A stretch of 64,000 bases of DNA from positions 47,851 to 111,850 of the forward strand of contig MFOC01000003.1 of assembly GCA_001782235.1 (NCBI GenBank). Direction: 5' to 3'. The stretch comes from Candidatus Levybacteria bacterium RIFCSPHIGHO2_02_FULL_40_18. GTDB taxonomy: Bacteria; Patescibacteriota; Microgenomatia; Levybacterales; GWA1-39-11. Positions 47,619-56,687 of this stretch are shown here, piece after piece. The notes beneath the pieces are model-generated. The model ran no database searches. It worked only from the letters and a program-made list of their open reading frames with translations, and was not told the origin of the DNA. The stretch's first letter is position 1. Every line of letters starts with the position of its first letter. The translations under genes were made by a program, and so were the position numbers.

Positions 47619-48260
47619 TCACTCTAATTTTCCCTTCATATAGGTTTCGACCTCTTGTTTCAAGGTCGAAGTAATTTGTTCGTAAGAGTAATTTTCTCCT
47701 ATAAATTCTATCGGCGTTTGTTCAAGGTCTTCAAAATATACGAGTTGCTCAAGAAATTGAACCTCAACAAAAAAACTACCGCATTTTTTTACTGCGAATT
47801 TTACTATATCGTCAAGTGTCAACAGTCTCTTTTTTAGAACAACAAAAATATCAACATAATCGCGCCAGGTTGCTCGTCTTCCGATGGTGTACGCTTTGTC
47901 AGCTGCTATATCCTTTACACTTGCTAAAGCAAGGTACGGTGTTTCTACTCGCGGGAACGCGGGTTTGAAATCCTGCACAACAAATGTTATGCCAATATTG
48001 CTTTTAAGAATAGTAAAGGTTACTTGCTCGGAAGTATTCCATTTGTAGATAACTTTCCCGAATTTCTCCCTTATTTTATTTTCTAATGATTTTTTAATTG
48101 GATCGTCTACAAATATATCAAAGTCATAAGAAGTTCGATGCCCTATTTGAAGTGCAAGGGCGGTTCCGCCGGCAAGATATCCTTCATCTCGGAAGTCTAC
48201 TAGCTTCTTTAATATCTCTCTGCGGTCATGGTCTAATATCTCGAGGAATATTTTTGACAT
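47619..48260 (-). CDS. Nucleotidyltransferase, AbiEii/AbiGii toxin family (DUF1814)
   Basis: RREILKKLVDFRDEGYLAGGTALALQIGHRTSYDFDIFV is the conserved AbiEii N-terminal block. Confidence 0.6.
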   Translation of the reverse strand: MSKIFLEILDHDRREILKKLVDFRDEGYLAGGTALALQIGHRTSYDFDIFVDDPIKKSLENKIREKFGKVIYKWNTSEQVTFTILKSNIGITFVVQDFKPAFPRVETPYLALASVKDIAADKAYTIGRRATWRDYVDIFVVLKKRLLTLDDIVKFAVKKCGSFFVEVQFLEQLVYFEDLEQTPIEFIGENYSYEQITSTLKQEVETYMKGKLE

Positions 48261-48537
48261 ATAAGAGTTCGCTCATATCACGATCTTCAAGATTTAGGAG
48301 TATATTTTTAACGAAATAAAAGCGTGCTTTTCGATAATCTTTAAATGCCGTGGTTGTGAAAGTTTTTATAATCTGTGAGGCTCCATATTTCTCAAACAAC
48401 CAAAGGATTTCATCCAATCCTCCGTAAGATAGTATCTGATGAATAATATAGTTCTTATCCCGTTCAGAATTGAGCTTACGCACACCACTGGACCATAAAA
48501 CGCTTTGAAGTTTCTGAGGAATTTTTTTTTGCTGCAT
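48226..48537 (-). CDS. Hypothetical small protein upstream of AbiEii. Possible cognate antitoxin-like partner.
   Basis: Overlaps the AbiEii start. No confident domain. Confidence 0.25.
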   Translation of the reverse strand: MQQKKIPQKLQSVLWSSGVRKLNSERDKNYIIHQILSYGGLDEILWLFEKYGASQIIKTFTTTAFKDYRKARFYFVKNILLNLEDRDMSELLYVKNIPRDIRP

Positions 48538-48605
48538 GAGGATATTATATCAATACTGGTAGGCTCTGACAATCGCCGAAATACGTAAAAAGCCTCTGCC
48601 TAGAT

Positions 48606-49418
48606 CTATTCAATCCTGCTCACGAGGTAGTTGTCGAAGACAAAGTTTGGAGTAGAGATACTCATATTTCTGCCCGGAACAATCAGTTGGTCTTCGCCCA
48701 GCACCCATTGACCGTTCAGATTCTTGACTTTCACCTTTGCCTCAACCTCGATTCTCATTCTCGGCTCTGCAATAATTGAAAACACTCCGCCTGAAGCTGC
48801 ATTCATAAGACTTGCTGTATCTATGCCGGTCTTATCGACTACCTCAAAAATTTTGTCCTCGCCGTCAAAATATGTATCCCCTATTTTTATAGCATCAAAT
48901 TCAAACGGATATGCATTACTTTTGATAAGACGAACGGTTTTTTCAGTCAATCTTTCTTCAAGCGGCTTACTGCTTAAACCGATAACCGTGCCGGTAACTT
49001 CGGCTTTTGGAAATTGGATTTCGATTGCCGAACCCACAGATAAGGCGGCCCTGTTAAAAGTGTAACTTCCTGTTTTTTGGTTGCCTGAAACCGCAAGTTT
49101 TAAGGTAAGATAAATGTCGAATTGGTCGCTTCCGTACCAGCGGTAAACCTTTTTTGAAAGGACTTCCGCCTCAGGGTTTCCTAAAAGGCCGAGCGCTACG
49201 TCTCCCTTATTTATCGCGTCAACCTGCCAAATTGAGGGTCGCTGTGTTTGGGCCCACCAAAGTCCCTGCCCTACCTTAACCTTTGCGTAAACATAGGTTG
49301 GTTTTGAAAGAAAAAGTCTCGCGCCAGCCACAAATCCTACGAACAAAATTGCGGCAAAAAAAATGACCAGAAAGGGGTTTTTACGTAAGAATCTTACAAC
49401 TTTTTTGAAATTCATCAA
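48606..49418 (-). CDS. Exported hypothetical protein (N-terminal TM/signal). Only intact member of the family whose 3' end is the R element (ends ...PNFVFDNYLVSRIE*).
   Basis: N-terminal hydrophobic helix LVIFFAAILFVGFVAGARLF. C-terminal peptide matches the R1-R3 remnants. Confidence 0.4.
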   Translation of the reverse strand: MMNFKKVVRFLRKNPFLVIFFAAILFVGFVAGARLFLSKPTYVYAKVKVGQGLWWAQTQRPSIWQVDAINKGDVALGLLGNPEAEVLSKKVYRWYGSDQFDIYLTLKLAVSGNQKTGSYTFNRAALSVGSAIEIQFPKAEVTGTVIGLSSKPLEERLTEKTVRLIKSNAYPFEFDAIKIGDTYFDGEDKIFEVVDKTGIDTASLMNAASGGVFSIIAEPRMRIEVEAKVKVKNLNGQWVLGEDQLIVPGRNMSISTPNFVFDNYLVSRIE

Positions 49419-49591
49419 TTGGTATTATAATATAATAAGGTGATGGAGACAATAAAACAACTTGCGACGTTGATTAAAAAAACCGACAAAATATATATTA
49501 TTCCCGTGATTCTCTTTTTGATAATAATTGCTCTCCTTATAATTAGCGCGAGTATCTCTCCTGTCCCGGTATTTATTTATCCTTTGATTTA

Positions 49592-49792
49592 ATGGGACAA
49601 CAACTCATATTTTTAAAACGAGCTAACAAAATCTTAAACAGGACTTTTGTATCGATTATTCTTGTAATCTTCTATATCCTAATTATTGGAATTGCAAGAG
49701 TTATTTACACAATTTCGCAAAACAAAAGCGCAAGACAAACCACTTACTGGCAGGAGTCAAAAAAGCGTATAAACCTTGCCTCCGCGTACTAA
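49592..49792 (+). CDS. Small membrane protein upstream of the carbamoyltransferase (hypothetical)
   Basis: One TM helix FVSIILVIFYILIIGIARVIY. The stop overlaps the next start. Confidence 0.25.
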   Translation: MGQQLIFLKRANKILNRTFVSIILVIFYILIIGIARVIYTISQNKSARQTTYWQESKKRINLASAY

Positions 49793-51479
49793 TATGTATA
49801 TTTTGGGTATTTCTTCCTATTACCATGATAGCGCGGCGGCGCTTTTAAAAGACGGCAAAATTGTTGCGGCGGCTGAGGAGGAGCGCTTTACCAGAATAAA
49901 ACATGACAATTCTTTCCCCTCAAAAGCTATAGATTTTTGTCTTAAGAATGCGGGGATATCAAAAATCGATTTAGAGTACGTTGCTTATTATGAAAAGCCA
50001 TTGCTTAAGTTTGAACGTATACTCGAGACTTTTGTTGCAACATGGCCTTTTTCCCTCAAGCCTTTTATTAAAGCCATACAGGAGTGGCTTGGCGAGAAAA
50101 TAAAAGTTGAGCAAAAGATTAGAAAAAAGCTTGACTTTAAAGGCAAAATATACTTTGTCCCACATCACCTGTCTCACGCAGCTGCCGCTTTTTATCCCTC
50201 ACCTTTTAAAAAGTCGGCAATATTAACGGTAGACGGCGTTGGCGAATACCAAACTATAGGAATCTGGAAAGGAATGGGAAATAAAATAAAACCAATAAAG
50301 GAAATTAACTTCCCTCATTCTCTTGGGCTCTTATACTCAACTTTTACAGCATTTTTAGGATTTCGCGTGAATGATGATGAATACAAAGTTATGGGGATGG
50401 CAGCATACGGTAAGCCTTCCTTTAAAAACAGTATCTATGAATTAATTGATATAAAAGATGACGGTAGTCTTCAGCTCGATTTGTCATATTTTGGATATCG
50501 AGAGTCTTTTCAAATGTGGAATAAGAAGTTTGAGCAATTATTTGGAGAGCCGCGAAACTTAAAAGCACCAATAACACAGCGCCACAAAGACATAGCAGCA
50601 AGTATTCAAACCGTGACAGAGGAAATATATTTTAAGATCTTAAAAAACTTATATTTAACTTCGAAAATCAATAATTTATGTATTGGCGGAGGAGTTGCTC
50701 TTAACGCCCTTGCTAACGGCAAAATCTATAAAAATACGCCTTTCAAAAAGGTTTTCATACTTGGACCCTCAGGTGACAGCGGTGGAGCAGTGGGAAGCGC
50801 GCTTGAAGTCTACAATAGGCTCTCTAAAAAGGCAAAAAGACGCTTTATAACTCATTTAAAATTTGGCTCGAAATATAAAGATAACGAAATTGAAATGATT
50901 CTTAAAGCAAAAAAATTAACATATAAGAAGTGTTCCTCCAAAACGCTTATCAAAAAAACGGCTAAATTACTTTCAGAAGGCAGAATTATTGGATGGTTTC
51001 AGGACAGGATGGAGTTTGGACCAAGGGCGCTAGGCAGTCGATCCATTCTTTCTGCTCCCTTCCCCTTCTCCATGAAGGAAGAGGTTAATGTTGTCAAAAG
51101 AAGGGAACAATTTAGACCTTTTGCAGGTTCAATATTGTTAGAAAAAGCGGTTAATTACTTTAAAATCCCAAAAACCCAAAACGAATTCCCGTTTATGAAC
51201 TTTTGTTTTCCTGTTCGAGAAATAAAAATAAAAGATATTCCAGCAATAACGCATGAGGACAGAACCTGCCGCATTCAAACTGTAAGTAAAAACGATGGTG
51301 CTTATTATTCTTTGATTAGGGAATTCGAAAGGTTAACCAGCATTCCCGTTATACTCAATACAAGTTTTAATCTTCGCGGCGAACCAATAGTTGAGAATCC
51401 CGAACAAGCAATTAATGACTATACAAAGACAAAAATTGATTCTCTTGTAATAGGCAGTTTTATCGTGTATAAGAAATGA
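49776..51479 (+). CDS. Carbamoyltransferase (NodU/CmcH/NovN family)
   Basis: MYILGISSYYHDSAAALLKDGKIVAAAEEERFTRIKHD. HHLSHAAAAF. C-terminal YrdC-like domain. Confidence 0.85.
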   Translation: MPPRTNMYILGISSYYHDSAAALLKDGKIVAAAEEERFTRIKHDNSFPSKAIDFCLKNAGISKIDLEYVAYYEKPLLKFERILETFVATWPFSLKPFIKAIQEWLGEKIKVEQKIRKKLDFKGKIYFVPHHLSHAAAAFYPSPFKKSAILTVDGVGEYQTIGIWKGMGNKIKPIKEINFPHSLGLLYSTFTAFLGFRVNDDEYKVMGMAAYGKPSFKNSIYELIDIKDDGSLQLDLSYFGYRESFQMWNKKFEQLFGEPRNLKAPITQRHKDIAASIQTVTEEIYFKILKNLYLTSKINNLCIGGGVALNALANGKIYKNTPFKKVFILGPSGDSGGAVGSALEVYNRLSKKAKRRFITHLKFGSKYKDNEIEMILKAKKLTYKKCSSKTLIKKTAKLLSEGRIIGWFQDRMEFGPRALGSRSILSAPFPFSMKEEVNVVKRREQFRPFAGSILLEKAVNYFKIPKTQNEFPFMNFCFPVREIKIKDIPAITHEDRTCRIQTVSKNDGAYYSLIREFERLTSIPVILNTSFNLRGEPIVENPEQAINDYTKTKIDSLVIGSFIVYKK

Positions 51480-51483
51480 CAGG

Positions 51484-52077
51484 ATGCCCTATCTTCTTCA
51501 AAGAATTATTGCTCTTTTCTTTCTACTATTATCCACGCCACTTCTTGTACTGCTCTTTTTAGCCGTTAAATGGGATTCAAGTGGGCCTTTTATTTTTAAG
51601 CAAAAACGCGCAGGAAAGAACAAAAAACCTTTTACTATGTACAAGATTCGGACAATGGTTGAAGGGGCTGAAAAGCTTCAATCGAGGTACGCGAAACTAA
51701 ATGAAGCAAGCGGGCCGGTTTTTAAAATTCGAAATGATCCGCGCTACACAAGGGTCGGAAAAATCTTAGCTCGAATCGCAATCGATGAACTCCCTCAGCT
51801 TTGGAATGTGGTCAAGGGTGAAATGGCGCTTGTCGGACCCCGCCCCCTTCCTTTATACGAGGCGAACAAAGTTCCGAAGAAATTCGAACAAAGGTTCTCA
51901 GTTCTTCCCGGAATGACCTCACCTTGGATCATTAAGGGTGGTCATGGTTTGAAATTCGATCAATGGATGAAGCTCGATTTGGAGTATGTAAAGAAAAAAT
52001 CCCTTTTATTTGAGCTTAAAATTCTTGCGCAGACAGCATTATTAATAATAAGGGTCGCAATGAATTCGGGGCGATGA
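51484..52077 (+). CDS. Bacterial sugar transferase (polyprenyl-phosphate glycosyl-1-phosphate transferase, small WbaP C-terminal type)
   Basis: PFIFKQKRAGKNKKPFTMYKIRTM...GPVFKIRNDPRYTRVGKILARIAIDELPQLWNVVKGEMALVGPRPLP. Confidence 0.8.
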   Translation: MPYLLQRIIALFFLLLSTPLLVLLFLAVKWDSSGPFIFKQKRAGKNKKPFTMYKIRTMVEGAEKLQSRYAKLNEASGPVFKIRNDPRYTRVGKILARIAIDELPQLWNVVKGEMALVGPRPLPLYEANKVPKKFEQRFSVLPGMTSPWIIKGGHGLKFDQWMKLDLEYVKKKSLLFELKILAQTALLIIRVAMNSGR

Positions 52078-52087
52078 GACTTAGTTT

Positions 52088-52492
52088 CTAATTTTTCTTA
52101 TCTTCAAGCGGCGAAATATCTATCGATTGTTTTTGGTAAGAAAGTGCTACATCAAAATGATCAAAGAATCCTTTTTGGCCTAAGATACCATGCCCAAATT
52201 CACTTATCTCTGCAAAAATTACTTTGGCTACATAAGTCTTGTCACTTATTCTTATTTCTATCTCTCCCCAGAAACCCTTAACTTGCTTCTTGCCTACTCC
52301 GACAAACAGAATTCTATCCTTTTTTGATAGAGTTAAACCTAGTTTCTTGGCAATTTCTAAACTGAAAATGCAATAGTCAGCGCCGGAATCTATCAAGCCA
52401 GAATATAAAATAACGGTTGTAGAAGATTTAATAATTATGGGAATAATAGGTCTTCTAATTTTTGAAGTAATCTCAAGATATGAAAAAGTCAT
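52088..52492 (-). CDS. Retropepsin-like (clan AA) aspartyl protease
   Basis: LIDSGADYCIF contains the D-S-G-A active-site signature. About 130 aa. Confidence 0.5.
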   Translation of the reverse strand: MTFSYLEITSKIRRPIIPIIIKSSTTVILYSGLIDSGADYCIFSLEIAKKLGLTLSKKDRILFVGVGKKQVKGFWGEIEIRISDKTYVAKVIFAEISEFGHGILGQKGFFDHFDVALSYQKQSIDISPLEDKKN

Positions 52493-52740
52493 TTACTGAA
52501 AGCAAAGGGGCCAACTATGGGGAGGACCTTCTTTGGTATCTGAGTCACCAGAGGCAGATCAAAACCCTTTTCTTTTGCCTTTTTTAAAACTTCATCGAGA
52601 GTTTTGGATGAGGCAACAACCTTATTACTATTTGGTCCCGCCAAAGCTACCCACTTACCTTTATAATCTCTATACACTTTTTTCATGTCAACCGTTTTCA
52701 TGTTTAATTTTATTATAGCAGACACTTTACTTCCGTTCAA
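52489..52740 (-). CDS. DUF5678-like small protein paired with the retropepsin-like protease
   Basis: YKGKWVALAGPNSNKVVASSKTLDEVLKKAKEKG pattern. 4-nt overlap with the downstream protease. Confidence 0.35.
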   Translation of the reverse strand: MNGSKVSAIIKLNMKTVDMKKVYRDYKGKWVALAGPNSNKVVASSKTLDEVLKKAKEKGFDLPLVTQIPKKVLPIVGPFAFSK

Positions 52741-52868
52741 GGGAAAATCTCCGGTATTGCATAATGAATTTCAACTATTTTGATTTAATAAATCTCTGTG
52801 GTATGATATTGCAAATCTCGCCGAAGCTCACATAGCAAAGGCGGACTAAAATCTCCCGAATTTAAAAA

Positions 52869-53672
52869 ATGGATGAAATTTACGTAAATATAGCCGATTT
52901 CAATATACTAATCAAAATCCAGCCGCAGGAAACTACCAACAATCCGCCTTACGATTTCATCAGAAACAGACTGTTAACCGATTTGGTTTCTTATTTAGGT
53001 CAATTTATAATTTTAGAAAAGCCTGGAAAAGTTGATTTTGAAATTAATTTTATTGAAGCATGGAACTTACAAATACTGCGAGTCAAAAGTGACAATATCA
53101 GTTACATTCCTCTTTATGAAGAAATTTCGTCGTCTAAGTTTTTAACCTATTTTTTAAACAGCATCTATCAATTCCAGTTAATCTTAAAATACGCTGTCCA
53201 TGAACTTTTGGACAAATCCAGTGGGTTTTTAATCCACTCTTCCGCCGTCAAAATCAACAACAAGGCTTACTTCTTCTTAGGCAAGTCTGCGGCTGGTAAA
53301 TCGACCATTGCCACAATGCTTGCTGACAGATACCCAAAAATCGCAGATGATACAAGTCTTGTTAAAAAAGAGGGTAATCAATTTTTTTTCTACCAAACTC
53401 CATTTTTTGACAAAAATTGGGTCAATAAACACTCCGAGAGATTAAAAATGGGCAAAATGTTTTTTTTAAAAAAAGCCAATTTCTTTAAAGTAGAGAAAAT
53501 CGAAGATAAAGAGCAAATTCTCAACTATTTCTTGAAGGGTTATGTCGTTAACCTCAACAAAATCTCAACCAAAAATGTACTAAAATTTGTCAATAAATTC
53601 GACAACTTCTACATGCTTTACTTTGCAAAAAACCCGGAGAAAACAATAAGACTAATTGAATCCCTTAAATGA
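52869..53672 (+). CDS. HPr-kinase/phosphorylase-like P-loop protein (the RiPP-associated HprK-like kinase type)
   Basis: FLGKSAAGKSTIATMLADR P-loop in the C-terminal half. 267 aa. Overlaps the start of the PqqD-like gene. Confidence 0.4.
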   Translation: MDEIYVNIADFNILIKIQPQETTNNPPYDFIRNRLLTDLVSYLGQFIILEKPGKVDFEINFIEAWNLQILRVKSDNISYIPLYEEISSSKFLTYFLNSIYQFQLILKYAVHELLDKSSGFLIHSSAVKINNKAYFFLGKSAAGKSTIATMLADRYPKIADDTSLVKKEGNQFFFYQTPFFDKNWVNKHSERLKMGKMFFLKKANFFKVEKIEDKEQILNYFLKGYVVNLNKISTKNVLKFVNKFDNFYMLYFAKNPEKTIRLIESLK

Positions 53673-53920
53673 TCAAACTCAAAAAAGGCATAGTCTCTCA
53701 AAAAGTCGGTCAAAAAACCACCATTTTTGACGGCGAGAAGTCAGTTCTTTATACTTTTAACGAAACGGCATCATTCATATTTGACCAGCTCAAAAAAGAG
53801 GCAAAATTGGAAAAAATTGTAGATTTGATGGCAAAAAAATTTAATGTCAAAAAAGAGACTGCAAAAAACGACGTTGAAGAATTTGTCAAAACCTTAAAAG
53901 CTAAAAAAATTGTTTCCTAG
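53669..53920 (+). CDS. PqqD-family protein, RiPP recognition element (RRE)
   Basis: LYTFNETASFIFDQLKKEAKLEKIVDLMAKKFNVKKETAKNDVEEFVKTLKAKKIV matches the PqqD fold pattern (L..N.TA..IW..L.G..T..EI...L...Y.V..E.A..DV..F...L). Confidence 0.55.
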   Translation: MIKLKKGIVSQKVGQKTTIFDGEKSVLYTFNETASFIFDQLKKEAKLEKIVDLMAKKFNVKKETAKNDVEEFVKTLKAKKIVS

Positions 53921-55362
53921 TAGCCGATTGACCTAAGATCACCTGCGCTGTCATCTTCGGTAGAAAACTGTCCGGGTACTTCATTGCTCTTCCATTCAAT
54001 TGGCAGGTTGTAATCGGAAAGATATTCTAAAAGGTCATCCCGGAGTTTTCCCAGTTCCTTTGTCCTTTCGCCGGCCAAATTTTTTGTCTCGTTGGGATCG
54101 GCCACAAGGTCATACAGCTCTTCGTGCCAACTTTCAAGAAGACAGGACTGCGGCAAGGAATAGATATACTTTAAATTGTCCCTGACAATTGCAAACTTGG
54201 AAAAATAGCTGTTGGCAAAAATAGCCCTTTTTCTGGGCGCCGGTATTATTTTGGAGAATTTACCGAATTGTCCTGCAAAACTCTTTCCGTCGAAACTGCC
54301 CTTTTTATAATCAATGCCCAGAAAATCCAAAATGGTCGGCAAAATGTCAACATCTTGTATCAAAACGTCTGATTTTTCCCCCGATCTGCCCTTGGCTGGA
54401 TCAAAAATTATAAGCGGAATCTTGATCGATGAATCGTAAAGAACCTGCCTGTGGTTGAAATAATAGTTGTGATCAAATCCTTCTCCGTGGTCGCCGTATA
54501 AAACCACCAGGGTGTTTTTATCAAGACCCAGCTCTTTAAGATTATCCAAAATTTTACCTACCAGTCTGTCGGCCGCAGCAACCTCGCCATCGTAAAGAGC
54601 CTCCATAAGCTCTATCCTGTCTTGAGGAACCGGATTATTTTGGCAGGATTGATACTGGGCCCGAAGTTCTTCAAGTTCCTCAAGGTTTTTGCCAGAAATT
54701 TCATCGCAGAATTTACTGTTAAATTTGCACCTCAAACCCCCGGGGGCAAAGTAGGGTGCGTGGGGATCGACAAGATGCACCCAGAGAAAAAACCGCCCTC
54801 CATCCTTGCTGCTTTTCAAAATGTCGGCAGAACTTAAAATAAATTTCTCGTAATCTGCCCTTTCGGTCATAGTAAACCTTTCGTTATATTCCGCCTTTGC
54901 GCCATTGTAGTAAAACGATTTGAACTCATGGGTATTGAATACCTCAAACCCCTGATCCAAAGCACTGCCGATGGTGGAATAACCCGCGGTAAAAAACCCG
55001 TTTTGGGCAAGAATACTTGTCAAAGTTTTGTTGTTCTCACTGACCAGAAGACCTGAATTTGAAATAATTCTGGTCTTTGCCGGATCCTTGCCGGTAAAAA
55101 GAGCCGCCATCGAAGGATGAGTCATGGGAACGGCTGTAGCGGCGTTGGTAAAGACTGCTGCGCTTTTTGCCCACTTGTCAATATTGGGAGTCGTATCTTT
55201 TCCATAGCCATATACGCCCATATGGTCAGGGCGTAGGGTATCAATTGAAATTAGAAGAAGATTTTTAGGGTGAGTTGGGGTAAATACGAATTTCCAAACG
55301 AGAGCGAGAAACAAAAAAAGTGTTGAATATATTACTATCCGCCTAAATTTAACTTTGAGCAT
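53917..55362 (-). CDS. Sulfatase-like (PF00884) exported hydrolase or transferase, paralogue of 29481..30899
   Basis: LLISIDTLRPDHMGVYGYGKDTTPNIDKWAKSAAVFTNA. YGDHGEGF. The nucleophile region reads ATAVPMTHPSMAALFTG, with Thr where sulfatases have the formylglycine Cys. Confidence 0.7.
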   Translation of the reverse strand: MLKVKFRRIVIYSTLFLFLALVWKFVFTPTHPKNLLLISIDTLRPDHMGVYGYGKDTTPNIDKWAKSAAVFTNAATAVPMTHPSMAALFTGKDPAKTRIISNSGLLVSENNKTLTSILAQNGFFTAGYSTIGSALDQGFEVFNTHEFKSFYYNGAKAEYNERFTMTERADYEKFILSSADILKSSKDGGRFFLWVHLVDPHAPYFAPGGLRCKFNSKFCDEISGKNLEELEELRAQYQSCQNNPVPQDRIELMEALYDGEVAAADRLVGKILDNLKELGLDKNTLVVLYGDHGEGFDHNYYFNHRQVLYDSSIKIPLIIFDPAKGRSGEKSDVLIQDVDILPTILDFLGIDYKKGSFDGKSFAGQFGKFSKIIPAPRKRAIFANSYFSKFAIVRDNLKYIYSLPQSCLLESWHEELYDLVADPNETKNLAGERTKELGKLRDDLLEYLSDYNLPIEWKSNEVPGQFSTEDDSAGDLRSIGY

Positions 55363-55366
55363 AAAT

Positions 55367-56620
55367 TTATCTTACCATCTTTATGCTTTTTACGCGATTT
55401 AAGAAAACCCAAATTATCGTATAAATCACCTGTTTGTCTAAAAAAACCATTACCTTTCTAAAAAAGGGCTCCGGCGATAAATAGAATAAATTTTTAAAAC
55501 GCTCAATTCCCGAATTAATCCTTTGTTCTTCATCAAATATATTTAGCTTATAAAGCATTTTTCGAACTCTGGCAAAACTGCTATCAGGTCTAATGTCATT
55601 CAGAAAATCACGATCAAAATTTAGTCCGTAGTATTTTTGCAAGATAAGAAAAACAGGATATATGAAATTCATAAGCTTATATTCTTTAGCGAGTTTTGCA
55701 ATTTTAGAAAAATTTTGTTGTTCTTTTGAAATAATGCTCTTCATAAAATCATATCTATAAGCCCCTTTAAAATTATGATGGTAAAGATGAAGGGCTAGAT
55801 AAATTAATAAGTTTTCAGAAGAAAGAATTGGAAATTTATGACTCCAAACACTAACATCTCTTTTTTCTCTTAGAAATTTTCCACTTAAACTATTCAAAAG
55901 ACTCTGCGGGTAAAGAGCATTAAGTTCCCCAAGTTGTGTCATCATAAATACAACCTCAAGATGAATATCGAAAAAGATTGGAAATCCTTTAACTATTTTC
56001 AAGAAATTAACTTCCGGACTTTTATTTTTAAGTCTTCCCAGAGTCTCGGACAATGATGAGTCGAATTCTTTGAAGCCTAATTTTCGTAAAATCGTCTTTG
56101 CGCGAGAAAAAAATTTTGGGCTAATTAAAATGTCGCAGTCGGCATAAATGCGTCTCGGGTGCTTGCCCTCATGGTAAAGGTGGAGAGGCAGACCTTTGAG
56201 AAAAACGAATTTTATTCCTGTCTTCTCAAGCGTTCTTTTAACTTTTACTATTTCGCCAAAATATAGTGTTGATTGAATAAGATAAAGGTCGTCGATGCTA
56301 AATTCGTTCCTTCCCCTTTTTATTTTATATACAACACCGATTACGTTTTTTGGGTAAATCTTCCCATCGGAAGTTTGATTATTCTCCCCTTTTGTTATTA
56401 AGTACTTATCTGTTTTGTAAACCACTCTGTGGGTGAAGATCCTGTCGCCCTGCCTGCCGGCAGGCAGGCCTTTTCGCACGCAGACAATATCATTAACGGC
56501 AATTCTGTCAAATCGTTTTTTTGCAAGATAAACGACGTCGCCGTCCCAAAGTAGCGGGAACATACTCTCACCGTAAGTCTTAAACGCAGAAATCTTTGAA
56601 ATATTTGCAACCTTAATCAC
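55367..56620 (-). CDS. Fusion protein: N-terminal S24/S26-type peptidase-like domain plus an uncharacterised nucleotidyltransferase (PF14907-like) domain
   Basis: N-terminus YGESMFPLLWDGDVVYL is LexA/signal-peptidase-like (GxSMxP). The remaining ~300 aa resemble the uncharacterised nucleotidyltransferase family found in RiPP clusters. Confidence 0.4.
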   Translation of the reverse strand: MIKVANISKISAFKTYGESMFPLLWDGDVVYLAKKRFDRIAVNDIVCVRKGLPAGRQGDRIFTHRVVYKTDKYLITKGENNQTSDGKIYPKNVIGVVYKIKRGRNEFSIDDLYLIQSTLYFGEIVKVKRTLEKTGIKFVFLKGLPLHLYHEGKHPRRIYADCDILISPKFFSRAKTILRKLGFKEFDSSLSETLGRLKNKSPEVNFLKIVKGFPIFFDIHLEVVFMMTQLGELNALYPQSLLNSLSGKFLREKRDVSVWSHKFPILSSENLLIYLALHLYHHNFKGAYRYDFMKSIISKEQQNFSKIAKLAKEYKLMNFIYPVFLILQKYYGLNFDRDFLNDIRPDSSFARVRKMLYKLNIFDEEQRINSGIERFKNLFYLSPEPFFRKVMVFLDKQVIYTIIWVFLNRVKSIKMVR

Positions 56621-56687
56621 TAAGATATTTTAACACGCAGGCAAGCCCGTAATTGTTTCATGTTGTACTAAAGTCTTAAAGAAAAAT

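Noticed and set aside
36935-48660. Four copies of a ~45-bp sequence (…gtagttgtcgaagacaaaggtgggggttgaaa…) that at first glance resemble CRISPR repeats
   Set aside because: Copies are 1-6 kb apart with no regular spacer periodicity. All translate on the minus strand to the same C-terminal peptide plus stop, so they are conserved gene 3' ends, not a CRISPR array.
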